Positions 28,654 through 38,904 are shown, counted from the stretch's first letter. The stretch: DNA of 54,417 bases from an uncultured Clostridia bacterium (GCA_964422405.1 CAYRAY010000001.1:1-54417); one strand, 5' to 3'. Made by a program: numbers and translations. The notes: a model not told the origin generated them from the sequence alone.

Positions 28654-29574
28654 TTAGGGCAGATTTTTGCCCGTCGCCGCATACAAATCGTACCACTCCT
28701 CGTGCGTGAGCGTAATATCCGCCGCTGCGCAAAGCTCTTTCATGTGCTCGGGCGAGGTCGTTCCCGTGACCACCTGCCCGAAGGCAGGGTGGCGCAAAAT
28801 CCACGCCAACGCGATTGCCGCAGGCGTGACGGCATATTTGTTTGCCAACGTTTCCAACGCGGCGTTGAGCTTGGGATAGTTCTCGTTGCCGAGGAAGCTC
28901 CCTTCAAAAAATCCGTACTGCAAGGGCGACCACGCCTGCAAAGGAATTTTGTGCAAGCGCGCGTACGAAACCACGTCCCCTGCGCGCGCGATATTTTCTT
29001 CCCTACATAAATTAAAGAAGAATTCGCCGTCTACGGGGGCGGTGTGCGCCAACGAGAACTGAATTTGGTTTGCCGCAATTTCTACGCCTGCCGACTGCAA
29101 AAGTTGCATTTGCGCCGCCGTGAAGTTGCTGACAGCAAAAGCACGCACTTTGCCCTGTTCGGCAAGCCGCGTAAACGCTTCCGCTACCTCGTCGGGTTCT
29201 ATAAGCGTATCAGGGCGGTGCAAGGTGAACACGTCGATATAGTCGGTGTTCAGCCGTTTCAAGTTGCCCTCCGCCGCCGAAAGGATATACTCTTTTGTAA
29301 AATCGAAACGGCAGACATTGTTTGCGTTACGGCGAATGCCGCACTTCGTCTGGATCAAAAAGTCCTTGCGTGGAATGGTCAAATCGCGCACCGCCACGCC
29401 AAACGTCCGTTCCGCGTCGCCGTACACGTCGGCAAGGTCAAAGGTGTTTACGCCCATACTCATCGCCGTGACGATGGTCTGTTCCACACGTTCTAAGTTC
29501 TTACTGTTGATGCGCATACAGCCCATAACGATTTTTGAGGACTGCATACCGCCAAGAGTGCAATATTTCATCAA
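28654..29574 (-). CDS. aldo/keto reductase
   Basis: 306 aa with AKR-type motifs FDLADVYG, LHRPD and GTTSPEHM. Confidence 0.8.
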   Translation of the reverse strand: MMKYCTLGGMQSSKIVMGCMRINSKNLERVEQTIVTAMSMGVNTFDLADVYGDAERTFGVAVRDLTIPRKDFLIQTKCGIRRNANNVCRFDFTKEYILSAAEGNLKRLNTDYIDVFTLHRPDTLIEPDEVAEAFTRLAEQGKVRAFAVSNFTAAQMQLLQSAGVEIAANQIQFSLAHTAPVDGEFFFNLCREENIARAGDVVSYARLHKIPLQAWSPLQYGFFEGSFLGNENYPKLNAALETLANKYAVTPAAIALAWILRHPAFGQVVTGTTSPEHMKELCAAADITLTHEEWYDLYAATGKNLP

Positions 29575-29629
29575 GGTTACCTCCTTGGATTTAGAGTTTG
29601 AGTTTTGTATATTTTAATAAGTAGCAGAG

Positions 29630-30268
29630 TTAGTCTTCGATTTGGAAAGGTGCGTAATAGCTATCCCCTTTTTCCACCGAAATTCTGCCCTGTAAAAAGT
29701 CGATAAGCCCCGTGGTAAACCCGTCCGTTTCCGCTTTTTTTACAGCGATTTTGAAGGTCACTTTTTCTCCGTAATCGCAAGAAAGGAGGGAACAGGTATG
29801 CGATGAAAGGTATTTTTGCAGGCTGTCCACCTCCGAATACCCCACCGACAAAAGCAGCTCTTCGCACATTTCTAAAACACGGATATCCGCCCCGTCTAAG
29901 TTCTCCGCCGCCGAGGAAGAATAGGCGCGCACCAAGCCGCCGGCACCGAGTTTAATCCCCCCGAAATACCGCACGACCGCTACCGCCGTTTCAAACAATT
30001 TTTTGTTTTTCAACACCTCTAAAATGGGAACGCCTGCCGTGCCTTGCGGTTCTCCGTCGTCGGAAAAGCGTTGCAAGTTGCCCGCCTTATCGGAAATGAA
30101 CGCAAAACAGACATGGGTTGCAAGGCTGTGTTTTGCACGGATTTCCGCAATGAACGCGCGCGACTCCTCCTCTGTTTCCACGTGTGCGGAGTAGGTGATG
30201 AACCGAGAACGCTCGATTATTTTTTCGCTTTCGTGACGGCTAAACACCGTCCGTACCGATTTTTCCAT
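29630..30268 (-). CDS. yigZ: YigZ/IMPACT family protein
   Basis: 212 aa. KSRFI-like IERSRFITY, DDGEPQGTAG and RYFGGIKLGAGGL are hallmarks of UPF0029. Confidence 0.8.
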   Translation of the reverse strand: MEKSVRTVFSRHESEKIIERSRFITYSAHVETEEESRAFIAEIRAKHSLATHVCFAFISDKAGNLQRFSDDGEPQGTAGVPILEVLKNKKLFETAVAVVRYFGGIKLGAGGLVRAYSSSAAENLDGADIRVLEMCEELLLSVGYSEVDSLQKYLSSHTCSLLSCDYGEKVTFKIAVKKAETDGFTTGLIDFLQGRISVEKGDSYYAPFQIED

Positions 30269-30327
30269 AGATCCTCTACATCATCTATTTTTAGGAAAAA
30301 GGGACGGAATAAACCCGCCCCTCGCCC

Positions 30328-31521
30328 TTATTTCACGATAATTTTCAAGTGTACTTTTTTGCCTTTGTGCAACACAAATTCAGGCGCAGGCACAGGCATA
30401 TTGCCGTCCGTCACCTTGGTATCGTCCACCGAAACGCCGCCTTGATCGATCAGTCTGCGCGCCTCGCCCTTGGACTTGGCTACGCCCGCCGCTACCATGG
30501 CGTCCACCACGGTTACAACGTCCGACACTTCCTTGGTCAACAGTTCTGCATTTGCGCCGCCGAATGCCGCTTTTGCCTGACTTTGCGCCAAAGCTGCTTT
30601 TTCTTCGCCATGTACTTCCTTCGTCAGTTCGTACGCAAGCACCTCTTTCGCATGGTTGATACGTTCGTCTTTGTGTGCGCAAAGTTCCGCAATTTCTTCG
30701 AGTGGCAAGAAGGTCAAAAGCTTCATGCACTTTTCCACGTCCTCGTCCGCGATGTTGCGCCAGTATTGATAAAATTCGTACGGGGTGGTTTTATTTTCAT
30801 CCAACCACACCGCGCCCTTGGCGGTTTTGCCCATCTTTTTGCCGTCCGACGTCGTCAACAACGTGAACGTCATGGCGTAAGCGGGTTTCTGTTCCTTAAT
30901 ACGGATCAAGTTTGCACCTGCCAAAATGTTGCTCCACTGGTCGTCGCCGCCCAGCTCTAACTGACAGCCGTATTTGCGGTACAGCACCAAGAAATCGTAG
31001 CCCTGCATCAGCATGTAGTTGAATTCCAAAAAGGAAAGGCCGCGTTCCAAACGCTGCTTAAAACATTCCGCGCGGAGCATGGTGTTGACGGAGAAGTGCG
31101 CACCGATTTCACGCAAGAAGTCGATGTAGTTCAAGTCCATCAGCCAGTCGCCGTTGTCCACGACGATCGCCGCGTTTTCACCCTCAAAGTCGATAAATCT
31201 GGACATCTGCTTTTTGAAACATTCCACGTTGTGACGAATGGTTTCCTTTGTCATCATCGAACGCATATCCGTTCTGCCCGAAGGGTCGCCGACCATCGCC
31301 GTGCCGCCGCCGATCAAGATGATGGGACGATGCCCTGCCTGTTGCATGTGGTGCATGGCGATAAGCTGCATAAAGTGTCCTACGTGCAAAGAATCCGCCG
31401 TAGGATCGAATCCGATATAAAAAGGCACGCTTTCCTTGCCGAGTTTTTCGTACAGTTCGTCTTCGTAAACCGTCTGCTTTACAAAACCGCGCGCACGAAG
31501 GGTGTCCATTACGTTTGCCAT
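30328..31521 (-). CDS. tyrS: tyrosyl-tRNA synthetase
   Basis: 397 aa with HVGH (HIGH), KMGKT (KMSKS) and a C-terminal S4-like domain. Confidence 0.9.
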   Translation of the reverse strand: MANVMDTLRARGFVKQTVYEDELYEKLGKESVPFYIGFDPTADSLHVGHFMQLIAMHHMQQAGHRPIILIGGGTAMVGDPSGRTDMRSMMTKETIRHNVECFKKQMSRFIDFEGENAAIVVDNGDWLMDLNYIDFLREIGAHFSVNTMLRAECFKQRLERGLSFLEFNYMLMQGYDFLVLYRKYGCQLELGGDDQWSNILAGANLIRIKEQKPAYAMTFTLLTTSDGKKMGKTAKGAVWLDENKTTPYEFYQYWRNIADEDVEKCMKLLTFLPLEEIAELCAHKDERINHAKEVLAYELTKEVHGEEKAALAQSQAKAAFGGANAELLTKEVSDVVTVVDAMVAAGVAKSKGEARRLIDQGGVSVDDTKVTDGNMPVPAPEFVLHKGKKVHLKIIVK

Positions 31522-31648
31522 AAATATAATCTCCTTTTTTCCTATTCCGTCGGCGAAGCGAAAAAATCACCGCGCCGCCCTCTATATTTTCTATTTTTCC
31601 GTATGAAATTTTTTGTAAAAAACCGCTGTGTTTTCCCGTTCAGGATAC

Positions 31649-31795
31649 AAAAAAAACGGCTTACGCCCTTGCGCAAACCGCTACCAAACGATGGTTTAGC
31701 GAGTTTTTTCGGGCGCGTTAAAAGCTTCTACCGTTACGGTAGAGGTACTCATAGATGTAATAACGCCCGTTTTCTCTCAAAAAACTTTTCATAAT
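31649..31795 (-). promoter_or_regulatory. T-box leader (Tyr) with terminator
   Basis: The minus strand contains GAGAGA, GAGTACC, a UAC specifier candidate in CCUCUACCG, and a T-box-like UUUGGUAGCGGUUUGCG. The last overlaps the terminator CGGTTTGCGC-aagg-GCGTAAGCCG followed by TTTTTTTT. Confidence 0.65.
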
Positions 31796-31801
31796 ATCCA
31801 T

Positions 31802-31830
31802 AGTTTACACGTTTTTGTCAGGATTGTCAA
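31802..31830 (-). promoter_or_regulatory. tyrS leader promoter
   Basis: Minus strand reads TTGACA, 17 nt, TAAACT. Confidence 0.6.
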
Positions 31831-31915
31831 GCGTTTTTCGGCATTTTCTGCCGCGAAAGCGAAAAACAGAGAAATAAGGGTTGACACGGCGCAAAAAATG
31901 TGATAGAGTAGAGCC

Positions 31916-32593
31916 ATGCAATTATCCACTTTGACCGAAATTTTGTTTACACTGTTAAAAGACCGTAAAGTGACCGCCGCCGAACTTGCAGAGCGGTATG
32001 GTTTTTCTGCGCGCACCGCCTACCGCTATATCGACGTGTTGGCGGACACCCTGCCCTTGCAAATCAAACGGGGCAGAAACGGCCGCGCGTTCCTTTCCGA
32101 TAGCTATACCCTGCCCGTAGAATTTATGCGCGCGGAAGAATACACCGCCGCGATCGACGCCCTGACTTCCGCCTACGCGCAGACGGGCGAATCGAGGTTT
32201 TTGACGGCGCGAAGGAAGCTTTCTGCACAAAGCAAAACAGAAGCGCGTCACGCAGTGCTTGGGGACTGCAACGAGGTGATTGTCTTTGACAAACGGAGCA
32301 ACAAGCTTTCTGCGACCCTGCTCACCCTGCAAGCGAGTATCGAAGCGCGCGAAGTGGTGACCTTGCGCTTGCGCTCTGCCGAAAACACGGAAACAGCGGC
32401 GGAAGATCGGCGGGTAGAACCGCACGCTTTGGTGTTTGACGGAAGTGCGTGGCAGCTGTTTGCTTTTTGCCATACCCTGCGCGCGTTTGCCGCTTTCCCC
32501 CTTGCCGACGTGGCGGCGGTGTTCCGTTCCAACGATACCTTCCGCAAACGCCCGTTCAAAAGATCGGACGTAATAAAGCAAGTCGGCTTATAA
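31916..32593 (+). CDS. HTH plus WYL-domain transcriptional regulator (YafY-like)
   Basis: N-terminal DeoR-type HTH ELAERYGFSARTAYRYIDVL and a C-terminal WYL-like segment EPHALVFDGSAWQLFAFCHTLRAFAAFPL. Confidence 0.7.
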   Translation: MQLSTLTEILFTLLKDRKVTAAELAERYGFSARTAYRYIDVLADTLPLQIKRGRNGRAFLSDSYTLPVEFMRAEEYTAAIDALTSAYAQTGESRFLTARRKLSAQSKTEARHAVLGDCNEVIVFDKRSNKLSATLLTLQASIEAREVVTLRLRSAENTETAAEDRRVEPHALVFDGSAWQLFAFCHTLRAFAAFPLADVAAVFRSNDTFRKRPFKRSDVIKQVGL

Positions 32594-32700
32594 AGGCTTT
32601 GGGCAAAATTTTACGATAAAAAATAGCGTATAAAAACAAAAATGAACGGGGCAGGTATGCGACGAACGCAAAATCAGTTCCGTTTCCGTTACCATTTTTT

Positions 32701-32725
32701 GCGGCGGTTTCCCGTCGCTTTTTTT
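32701..32725 (+). terminator. terminator after the WYL regulator gene
   Basis: GCGGCGG-tttc-CCGTCGC followed by TTTTTTT. Confidence 0.6.
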
Positions 32726-32798
32726 ATGCGGAAAAGGAATATCCGCCCCCGACCGCGGCTATAATAATAGTGTTAAAAAAACGACGTAAGGGACGGAT

Positions 32799-33848
32799 AT
32801 GAAAAAGATTTTATTCACGGGTGGCGGCAGTGCGGGGCACGTTATCCCCAATCTTGCCTTGATAGAAGAATTGCTTTCGGAGGGCGCGGACGTGTGCTAT
32901 ATGGGCACGAACGGCATCGAAAAGGCGCTGGTTTTGCCGTGGCATATCCCCTTTTACACCGTTGATTGCCCCAAACTTATTCGCGGCGGCGGGTGGTCGG
33001 CGTTCCGCAACAATCTATCCATTCCCTTTGCGTTGCGCAAGGCGGTGCAGCAAGCCAAAATTGCCCTAAAAACTTGCAAACCCGACCTCGTTTTTTCCAA
33101 GGGCGGTTATGCGGCGTTGCCTGCCGTGTTGGCGGCGGCGCAACTCGGTATCCCCTGTTTCGCGCACGAAAGCGATTTTTCGGCAGGTTTGACCACACGG
33201 CTGACGGCGAAAAAATGCCAAACGGTGTTTACGTCCTTTCCCGAAACGGCGGCGACCATTCCGCACGGCGCATACAGCGGCGCACCCCTGCGGCGAAGTC
33301 TGTTCGCCTATACAAAAGCCGAGGCAAGGCGGCAGTTGCAAATCCCTTTCCACGCCAAAACCCTGCTGATTTTCGGGGGCGGAAGCGGTAGCCGCGCGCT
33401 GAACGACGCCGTAGAAAAACACCTGCCGACGCTCACCAAAACCTACACCGTTTTGCACGTGTGCGGCAAGGGAAACGAACGGCAAATCGACATGAAAAAT
33501 TACAAGCAATTCCCTTTCGTCGCGGACATGGGTAGGCTGTATGCCTGTGCGGACGTGGTGGTCAGCCGTTCTGGCGCAGGCGCGGCATTTGAATTGCTCG
33601 CCTTAAAAAAGCGTACGATTTTTGTGCCGCTCGAAGGGCAAACGCGCGGCGACCAGTGGGAAAACGCACTCTATTTTCAACGCAAAGGACTTTGCCGCAT
33701 TCTGCCGCAGAAAAACCTTTCCGCTTTGCCAAAAACCGTGGACGAGGTCGCCGCAGACCAAGCCTTGCAAGCCTGTTTGGACAAAAGCGAATTTTCGGCA
33801 GGAAACGCACGGATTTTGCGTGCAATGAAAGAGGCTCTGGGGCAATGA
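32799..33848 (+). CDS. murG: UDP-N-acetylglucosamine--lipid I transferase
   Basis: 349 aa with GGGSAGHV at the N-terminus and a glycosyltransferase 28 pattern. Confidence 0.85.
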   Translation: MKKILFTGGGSAGHVIPNLALIEELLSEGADVCYMGTNGIEKALVLPWHIPFYTVDCPKLIRGGGWSAFRNNLSIPFALRKAVQQAKIALKTCKPDLVFSKGGYAALPAVLAAAQLGIPCFAHESDFSAGLTTRLTAKKCQTVFTSFPETAATIPHGAYSGAPLRRSLFAYTKAEARRQLQIPFHAKTLLIFGGGSGSRALNDAVEKHLPTLTKTYTVLHVCGKGNERQIDMKNYKQFPFVADMGRLYACADVVVSRSGAGAAFELLALKKRTIFVPLEGQTRGDQWENALYFQRKGLCRILPQKNLSALPKTVDEVAADQALQACLDKSEFSAGNARILRAMKEALGQ

Positions 33849-34588
33849 GCCGCTTTTCCGAGTACGGTTTGCCCGTGTATTCACCTTGCGCGCCGCGCTC
33901 CGCTTCCAATAAAAAACGGAAGGGCAACCGCAAAAAACGACGGCGGCCGAGGGTGGTTTTGGCTGTGATTGTGTGCGTTTGCGGCACGGGCGGTTTGGTG
34001 TTTGCGCACTTTCAACGCAACGTCACGCGCGTGCTGATTTCCATTAGCGAGGCGACGATGCGCGCCAGCACCACCGTTGCCGTCAACGATGCCGTGTATT
34101 ATACCCTGTCCGACGAAATGCGGTATGAGGATTTGATGAAGATTACCCGCAACGAAAACGGGGACATCGTTGCCGTTGCCGCCAACCCGTTGAAGATTAA
34201 CAAAATCGCCCGAGATACCGCTTCCATTTCTCAAGCCAACTTAAAAAATTTGAGCCTGAACGGAATCCCCGTGCCGCTCGGCGCGCTGTCGGGCGTGGAA
34301 GCGTTTGCCGGCGTCGGGCCGAATATCCATTTCCGCATTATCCCCGTCAGCAGCGTTTCGTGCGGTTTTTCGTCGCAATTTGAAAGCGTGGGCATCAACC
34401 ACACCAAGCACTCCATTTACTTAAACGTGATTGCGGATATTAATATCGTTATGCCGTCGCGCACCGAAAATTTTGCCGTGCGGACGGATATTTTGGTGGG
34501 GGAATGGATTATCGTCGGCAAAATCCCCGACGTGTATTTGCAGTCGGACGTGTTCGGCAACCGAACGCCCCTTTCGCCGCAAGCATAA
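33845..34588 (+). CDS. yunB: sporulation protein YunB
   Basis: The ATG overlaps the murG stop (ATGA). One TM helix follows a basic N-terminus, and the body resembles the YunB family. The track ORF 33656-34588 has an upstream extension inside murG. Confidence 0.65.
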   Translation: MSRFSEYGLPVYSPCAPRSASNKKRKGNRKKRRRPRVVLAVIVCVCGTGGLVFAHFQRNVTRVLISISEATMRASTTVAVNDAVYYTLSDEMRYEDLMKITRNENGDIVAVAANPLKINKIARDTASISQANLKNLSLNGIPVPLGALSGVEAFAGVGPNIHFRIIPVSSVSCGFSSQFESVGINHTKHSIYLNVIADINIVMPSRTENFAVRTDILVGEWIIVGKIPDVYLQSDVFGNRTPLSPQA

Positions 34589-34597
34589 CAAAAACTC

Positions 34598-34646
34598 AAC
34601 GCGTACATGGTATGTCCGTTTTATTTTCAACACGTACCTGCCCTAT
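34598..34646 (+). repeat. composite repeat E1 (two family 2 cores, 31-bp phasing)
   Basis: AAAACTCAACGCGTACATGGTATGTCCGTTTTATTTTCAACACGTACCTGCCC. About 45 nt are shared with E2 at 43722. Confidence 0.75.
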
Positions 34647-34680
34647 CCGTTTGGATAGGGCAGGTATTCTGTATTTTATA
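34635..34680 (+). terminator. yunB terminator built from an inverted pair of family 2 cores
   Basis: TACCTGCCCTATCC-gttt-GGATAGGGCAGGTA (14-bp stem) followed by a T-rich tract. Confidence 0.75.
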
Positions 34681-34709
34681 CGATTTTTATGCAAAACCAG
34701 CCGCCATAC

Positions 34710-35093
34710 TCAGTTCTTTTTGGTTTTAGAACGAAAAATCATTGCCATCAAAAAAGAAAAAATCACCGCGGCGGACACGCCTGCGCTCGCCGACGACAAC
34801 GCTCCCGTGAACGCACCGAAGAACCCCCGTTCCGCACCGCGCATTGCGCCGTTCGCCAACAGATACCCAAAGCCGCAAATGGGTACGGTTGCCCCTGCGC
34901 CTGCAAAATCCACCAAATACTGATACACGCCCAAGCCCTGCAACGCAACCCCGACCAGCATAAAGGTGACCAAAATTTTCCCTGCCGTCAAATCGGTGAA
35001 GTTGATGACAATTTGCGCAACGGCGCAAATGCCTCCGCCCACCAAAAAGGCTTTACAAAATCCCCACAAAATTTGCAAAAATTCCTCGTACAT
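34710..35093 (-). CDS. spoVAE: stage V sporulation protein AE
   Basis: 127-aa polytopic protein, with operon context alongside spoVAC and spoVAD. Confidence 0.8.
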   Translation of the reverse strand: MYEEFLQILWGFCKAFLVGGGICAVAQIVINFTDLTAGKILVTFMLVGVALQGLGVYQYLVDFAGAGATVPICGFGYLLANGAMRGAERGFFGAFTGALSSASAGVSAAVIFSFLMAMIFRSKTKKN

Positions 35094-35102
35094 ACCCCCT
35101 CC

Positions 35103-36095
35103 TCAACCTTCCGTTTCCACCGCCACGGCGTGCGCGACGGCAGGGATACTCTCCCCCTGACCGCTCGACACGGTGGACAGCAACGCGCCCGTGGCAATAA
35201 ACAGCACCTTTTTCAGCTCGCCGTTTTTGATTTTGTGCATAATATACGAAAGGAAAACCACCGCACTGCAACCTGCACCGCTGCCGCCTTGAAACTCGTC
35301 TTCCAAAACGTTATACACAATCTCTCCGCAATCGACATGGTTGGCGGACACGTCCACCCCCTTCTCCCACGTCAAGTCCTTAAAAATGCGACTGCCGAGC
35401 GCGCCGAGATCGCCTGTCACAATCAAATCGTACTCCGTCGCGCGCCGCCCCGTATCCTGCAAATGCGCCAGCAGGGTATGCGCCGCCGCAGGTGCCATTG
35501 CCGCGCCCATATTATTGACGTCCGTCACCCCGAAATCGACCGCCTTGCCAAAGGTCGCGCACGAAAGAAAGACAGAGCTCCCCGACGGCGCAATCACACA
35601 ACCGCCTGCCCCCGTCACCGTCCACTGCGCTTGTGGCGGACGAGTATTGCCGAGCTCCAACGGGTAACGATACTGCCGCTCCGCCGAAGAAAAATGACTG
35701 CCCGTCGCCGCCACTATCCGCCGATAATAGCCTGCATTGACAAGCGCCGCGCCGATTGCCATACTTTCCGCCATTGTGGAACATGCGCCGTACACACCCA
35801 AAAAGGGAAAGTCGAAATCGCGCGCGGTGAACGAGGCGGAAATGATTTGGTTGAGCAAATCCCCCGAGATAAACAAATCGATTTCCTTTTCCGTCAAGCC
35901 CGATTTTTCAATGGCTTTGGATGCAGCGTAAAACAGCATTTTACACTCCGCCTTTTCATACGTACTTTCGCCAAAGCGGTCGTCCGCCAGCCGTTTATCC
36001 ACATAGTTGCCCACCACGCCGACGCACTCTTTCGGGCCGGCAATCGTACCCGTGCCCAAAATCCGCGGCTTGTTCTTAAAAAATATCGTCTGCAA
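35103..36095 (-). CDS. spoVAD: stage V sporulation protein AD (thiolase-like fold)
   Basis: 330 aa with SpoVAD-like sequence throughout. Confidence 0.85.
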   Translation of the reverse strand: MQTIFFKNKPRILGTGTIAGPKECVGVVGNYVDKRLADDRFGESTYEKAECKMLFYAASKAIEKSGLTEKEIDLFISGDLLNQIISASFTARDFDFPFLGVYGACSTMAESMAIGAALVNAGYYRRIVAATGSHFSSAERQYRYPLELGNTRPPQAQWTVTGAGGCVIAPSGSSVFLSCATFGKAVDFGVTDVNNMGAAMAPAAAHTLLAHLQDTGRRATEYDLIVTGDLGALGSRIFKDLTWEKGVDVSANHVDCGEIVYNVLEDEFQGGSGAGCSAVVFLSYIMHKIKNGELKKVLFIATGALLSTVSSGQGESIPAVAHAVAVETEG

Positions 36096-36108
36096 TTTCT
36101 TCCCCCGA

Positions 36109-36561
36109 TTATAAAAACAGATAAATCAGTCCGACCGCCGTACCTGCCAGCACGCCGTAGACAATGATGGGCCCTGCAACCACAAACATTTTTGCCGCAA
36201 GACCGTAAACAAGCCCCTCCGTTTTGAACTCCATCGCCGGCGAAGCCACGCTGTTGGCAAACCCCGTAATGGGCACGATAGACCCGGCGCCTGCATTTCT
36301 GCCGATACGGTCGTACACGCCGAGCCCCGTCAACAGCGTACCCAAAAAGATGAGTACAATGCTGACCGCCCCAGCCAACTCGTCGCCGTATAGCCCGAAT
36401 GCCCGTTCCAAAATTACCCGAAGGCTTTGCCCGACGCAACAAATCAAACCGCCCACCATAAACGCGCGGAAGCAATTTTTGAAATGCTTTGTCGGCGGCA
36501 AAAAAGAATTGACGTAAGCCAAATAATTCTTGTTATAGTTTTCTCTGTTCTTTCCCGTCAT
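36109..36561 (-). CDS. spoVAC: stage V sporulation protein AC
   Basis: 150 aa from the ATG at 36561 (MTGKNRENYNKNYLAYVN...), a 4-TM SpoVAC pattern. Confidence 0.8.
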   Translation of the reverse strand: MTGKNRENYNKNYLAYVNSFLPPTKHFKNCFRAFMVGGLICCVGQSLRVILERAFGLYGDELAGAVSIVLIFLGTLLTGLGVYDRIGRNAGAGSIVPITGFANSVASPAMEFKTEGLVYGLAAKMFVVAGPIIVYGVLAGTAVGLIYLFL

Positions 36562-36611
36562 CGCGTACCTGCCCCCTATATCCAAATTTCATCGCGCACC
36601 TGCCCCTATGC
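36559..36611 (+). repeat. tandem pair of family 2 cores at the spoVAC start, 31-bp phasing
   Basis: CATCGCGTACCTGCCCCCTAT and CATCGCGCACCTGCCCCTATGC. Confidence 0.8.
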
Positions 36612-36874
36612 TTTTATTTCCGTTATGTTGCGGAAAACAGCTCTCTTTTTCGTCACGGAGCTTGCCTTCCCTGTCTACAATTCGTATCTTTTTCATACGA
36701 ACAGTTTGTGGAAGTTTTTTTCTTTTATGCAAAAAACATACGGAGGGGCGGCGAAAATATTTCGCCGCCCCAACTGCTCCGCCCATTAAAAATACAAGCC
36801 GAAACAAAGCATCAAAAAAGGAACGCACCGTACTATGCGTTCCTTTTTGTTCGATATTCGATATATTATTTTTA

Positions 36875-37855
36875 TTACGAATAAAATTCCGACTTGGTAT
36901 CGCGAGCAAACAAGCGCGCCAAAATCTGTTCGCAATGTCCGCGATAGTCCTCCGTTTCGGTATAGCAGAACTCGTACACGGCATCCGTCAAAGGCAAATC
37001 CACCCCGTACTTTTCGCCCAAGGCTTTCATCGCCGCCGACGTAGGCACACCCTCGGCAAGTTTAGAAAATCTTTCGCCCTTCACCAGCATTTCGCCATAC
37101 TTGCGGTTGTGGGAAAATTCGCTGAACAACGTTGCTTCGTAATCCCCCAAATGCGCCAAACCATAAGCGGAAAGCTCGTTTCCTCCCATGGCTTTAATCA
37201 GCCGCGCCACCTCGCGCGCGCCACGGGACATCAACGCGCCCTTCATGGCGCCATAGCCGCAACCGTCCAACACGCCTGCGATAATACCGATGACGTTCTT
37301 TGCCGCCGCACCCAGCTCCGAACCGATCAAATCCTCGCCGTAATAGAAACGAATCAAATCGCTCTTGAACTCGTTAGCAAGCTTCACTTTCAAATCGGGG
37401 TTGGCAGAATCAATGACCATACAGTTCGGAATACCTGCCGTAAAGGCTTGGATATGCCCGGGACCGACCCAAACGGCAATTTTCATCGGGTCGATACCGC
37501 TTTGCGTAAGCACTTCCGAAAGGCGACAACCCGTCGACACCTCGATGCCCTTCATGCACAGCACAAAATTTTTATCGGACACGTCGTATGCGGTGATCCG
37601 TTGCATAAAGCCGCGCAAACCTTGCGACGAAATGGAAATGATAATCGTTTCCGCGTGTTCCACCGCCGACTGCAAGTCGCAAGTCAAATGGATGCGCTTG
37701 TCTAGCTCTACATATTCGTTTTTGCCCGTATCGCGCAAAACTTGATACGAATAATCCTCTTCAGGTCCCCACGAATACACGTCGTGACCATGATTGCAAA
37801 GATACCATGCGATAAACGAGCCCCAACGCCCGCAACCAAGTACAGATACTTTCAT
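36875..37855 (-). CDS. gpsA: NAD(P)H-dependent glycerol-3-phosphate dehydrogenase
   Basis: MKVSVLGCGRWGS Rossmann N-terminus with a GGAGG RBS. The track start at 37966 is an upstream extension. Confidence 0.85.
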   Translation of the reverse strand: MKVSVLGCGRWGSFIAWYLCNHGHDVYSWGPEEDYSYQVLRDTGKNEYVELDKRIHLTCDLQSAVEHAETIIISISSQGLRGFMQRITAYDVSDKNFVLCMKGIEVSTGCRLSEVLTQSGIDPMKIAVWVGPGHIQAFTAGIPNCMVIDSANPDLKVKLANEFKSDLIRFYYGEDLIGSELGAAAKNVIGIIAGVLDGCGYGAMKGALMSRGAREVARLIKAMGGNELSAYGLAHLGDYEATLFSEFSHNRKYGEMLVKGERFSKLAEGVPTSAAMKALGEKYGVDLPLTDAVYEFCYTETEDYRGHCEQILARLFARDTKSEFYS

Positions 37856-37974
37856 TTTAGGAATTCCTCCTGCATCTTCTCTTTTTATTTTATCGGGAAC
37901 GGAACCGCCCCATGGATACGGAAACGCAACCGCCTCCGCCGCCTGCCCAAGCCGAAAGCTCGGCAAGGTCTTGT

Positions 37975-38568
37975 TTAGATTTTATTGCGCTCAACAAAGG
38001 CGCGCGCCAACGTCACGTCGTCGGTGTATTCGATTTCCGAGCCGATGGGGATACCGTGCGCCAAGCGCGTGACGGTGATATCGAACGGCTTAATCAGCTT
38101 TGCGATATACATCGCCGTAGCGTCGCCCGAAACGTCGGGGTTGGTCGCTACAATCACTTCTTTCACGTCGCCACCCTGCAAACGCGCCAACAGCTCGCGA
38201 ATACGAATATCGTTCGGACCGACGCCCGAAAGTGGGTCGATGACCCCGTGCAACACGTGATAAACGCCCTTAAACTCTCGCAATTTTTCAATGGCGAGCA
38301 CATCTTTCGGTTCTTTCACCACGCAAATCACGCTCTTATCGCGCGTGCGGCAAATTTCGCACGTTTCCGCTTCGGTGAAGTTTCCGCAAACGCTGCAATA
38401 TTTAATTTTGCGTTTCGCGCCCAGAATGGCGTCCGCAAACGCGCGCGCGTCCGATTCGGACATGTCGATAATTTTATACGCATAGCGTTGTGCCGTCTTT
38501 TTGCCTACCCCCGGCAGTTTGGAAAATTCGTTAATCAACCTGCCGAGCGGTTCAATGAAGATTTCCAT
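37975..38568 (-). CDS. recR: recombination protein RecR
   Basis: 197 aa with a C4 zinc finger CSVCGNFTEAETCEIC and a Toprim domain. Confidence 0.9.
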   Translation of the reverse strand: MEIFIEPLGRLINEFSKLPGVGKKTAQRYAYKIIDMSESDARAFADAILGAKRKIKYCSVCGNFTEAETCEICRTRDKSVICVVKEPKDVLAIEKLREFKGVYHVLHGVIDPLSGVGPNDIRIRELLARLQGGDVKEVIVATNPDVSGDATAMYIAKLIKPFDITVTRLAHGIPIGSEIEYTDDVTLARAFVERNKI

Positions 38569-38571
38569 GAA

Positions 38572-38904
38572 TTACAACATTCCCCCAAGTGCGCCCATAT
38601 CGCCGTACTTGCCCATTTTTTCTTCGTAGACCTTGTCCGCCTTGGCATACCCGTCGTTGATTGCCGCCATAATCAAGTCTTCCAGCATTTCCACGTCGGT
38701 GGGGTCGACAATACTTTCGTCCAGCTCGATACCATTGATAATCTTTTTCGCGTTCATGTACACCACAACCGCTTCGCCTGCCGCCGTGCCGACCACTTCC
38801 CAATCGTCCAACAGCTCTGCCGTTTTCTCCATTTCCTCTTGCATTTTCTGCGCTTGACGCATCAAGTTTTGCATATTGCCGTTTCCGCCTTTGAAGCCTG
38901 CCAT
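38572..38904 (-). CDS. ybaB: YbaB/EbfC nucleoid-associated protein
   Basis: 110 aa, NMQNLMRQAQKMQEEM, with conserved dnaX-ybaB-recR synteny. Confidence 0.9.
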   Translation of the reverse strand: MAGFKGGNGNMQNLMRQAQKMQEEMEKTAELLDDWEVVGTAAGEAVVVYMNAKKIINGIELDESIVDPTDVEMLEDLIMAAINDGYAKADKVYEEKMGKYGDMGALGGML

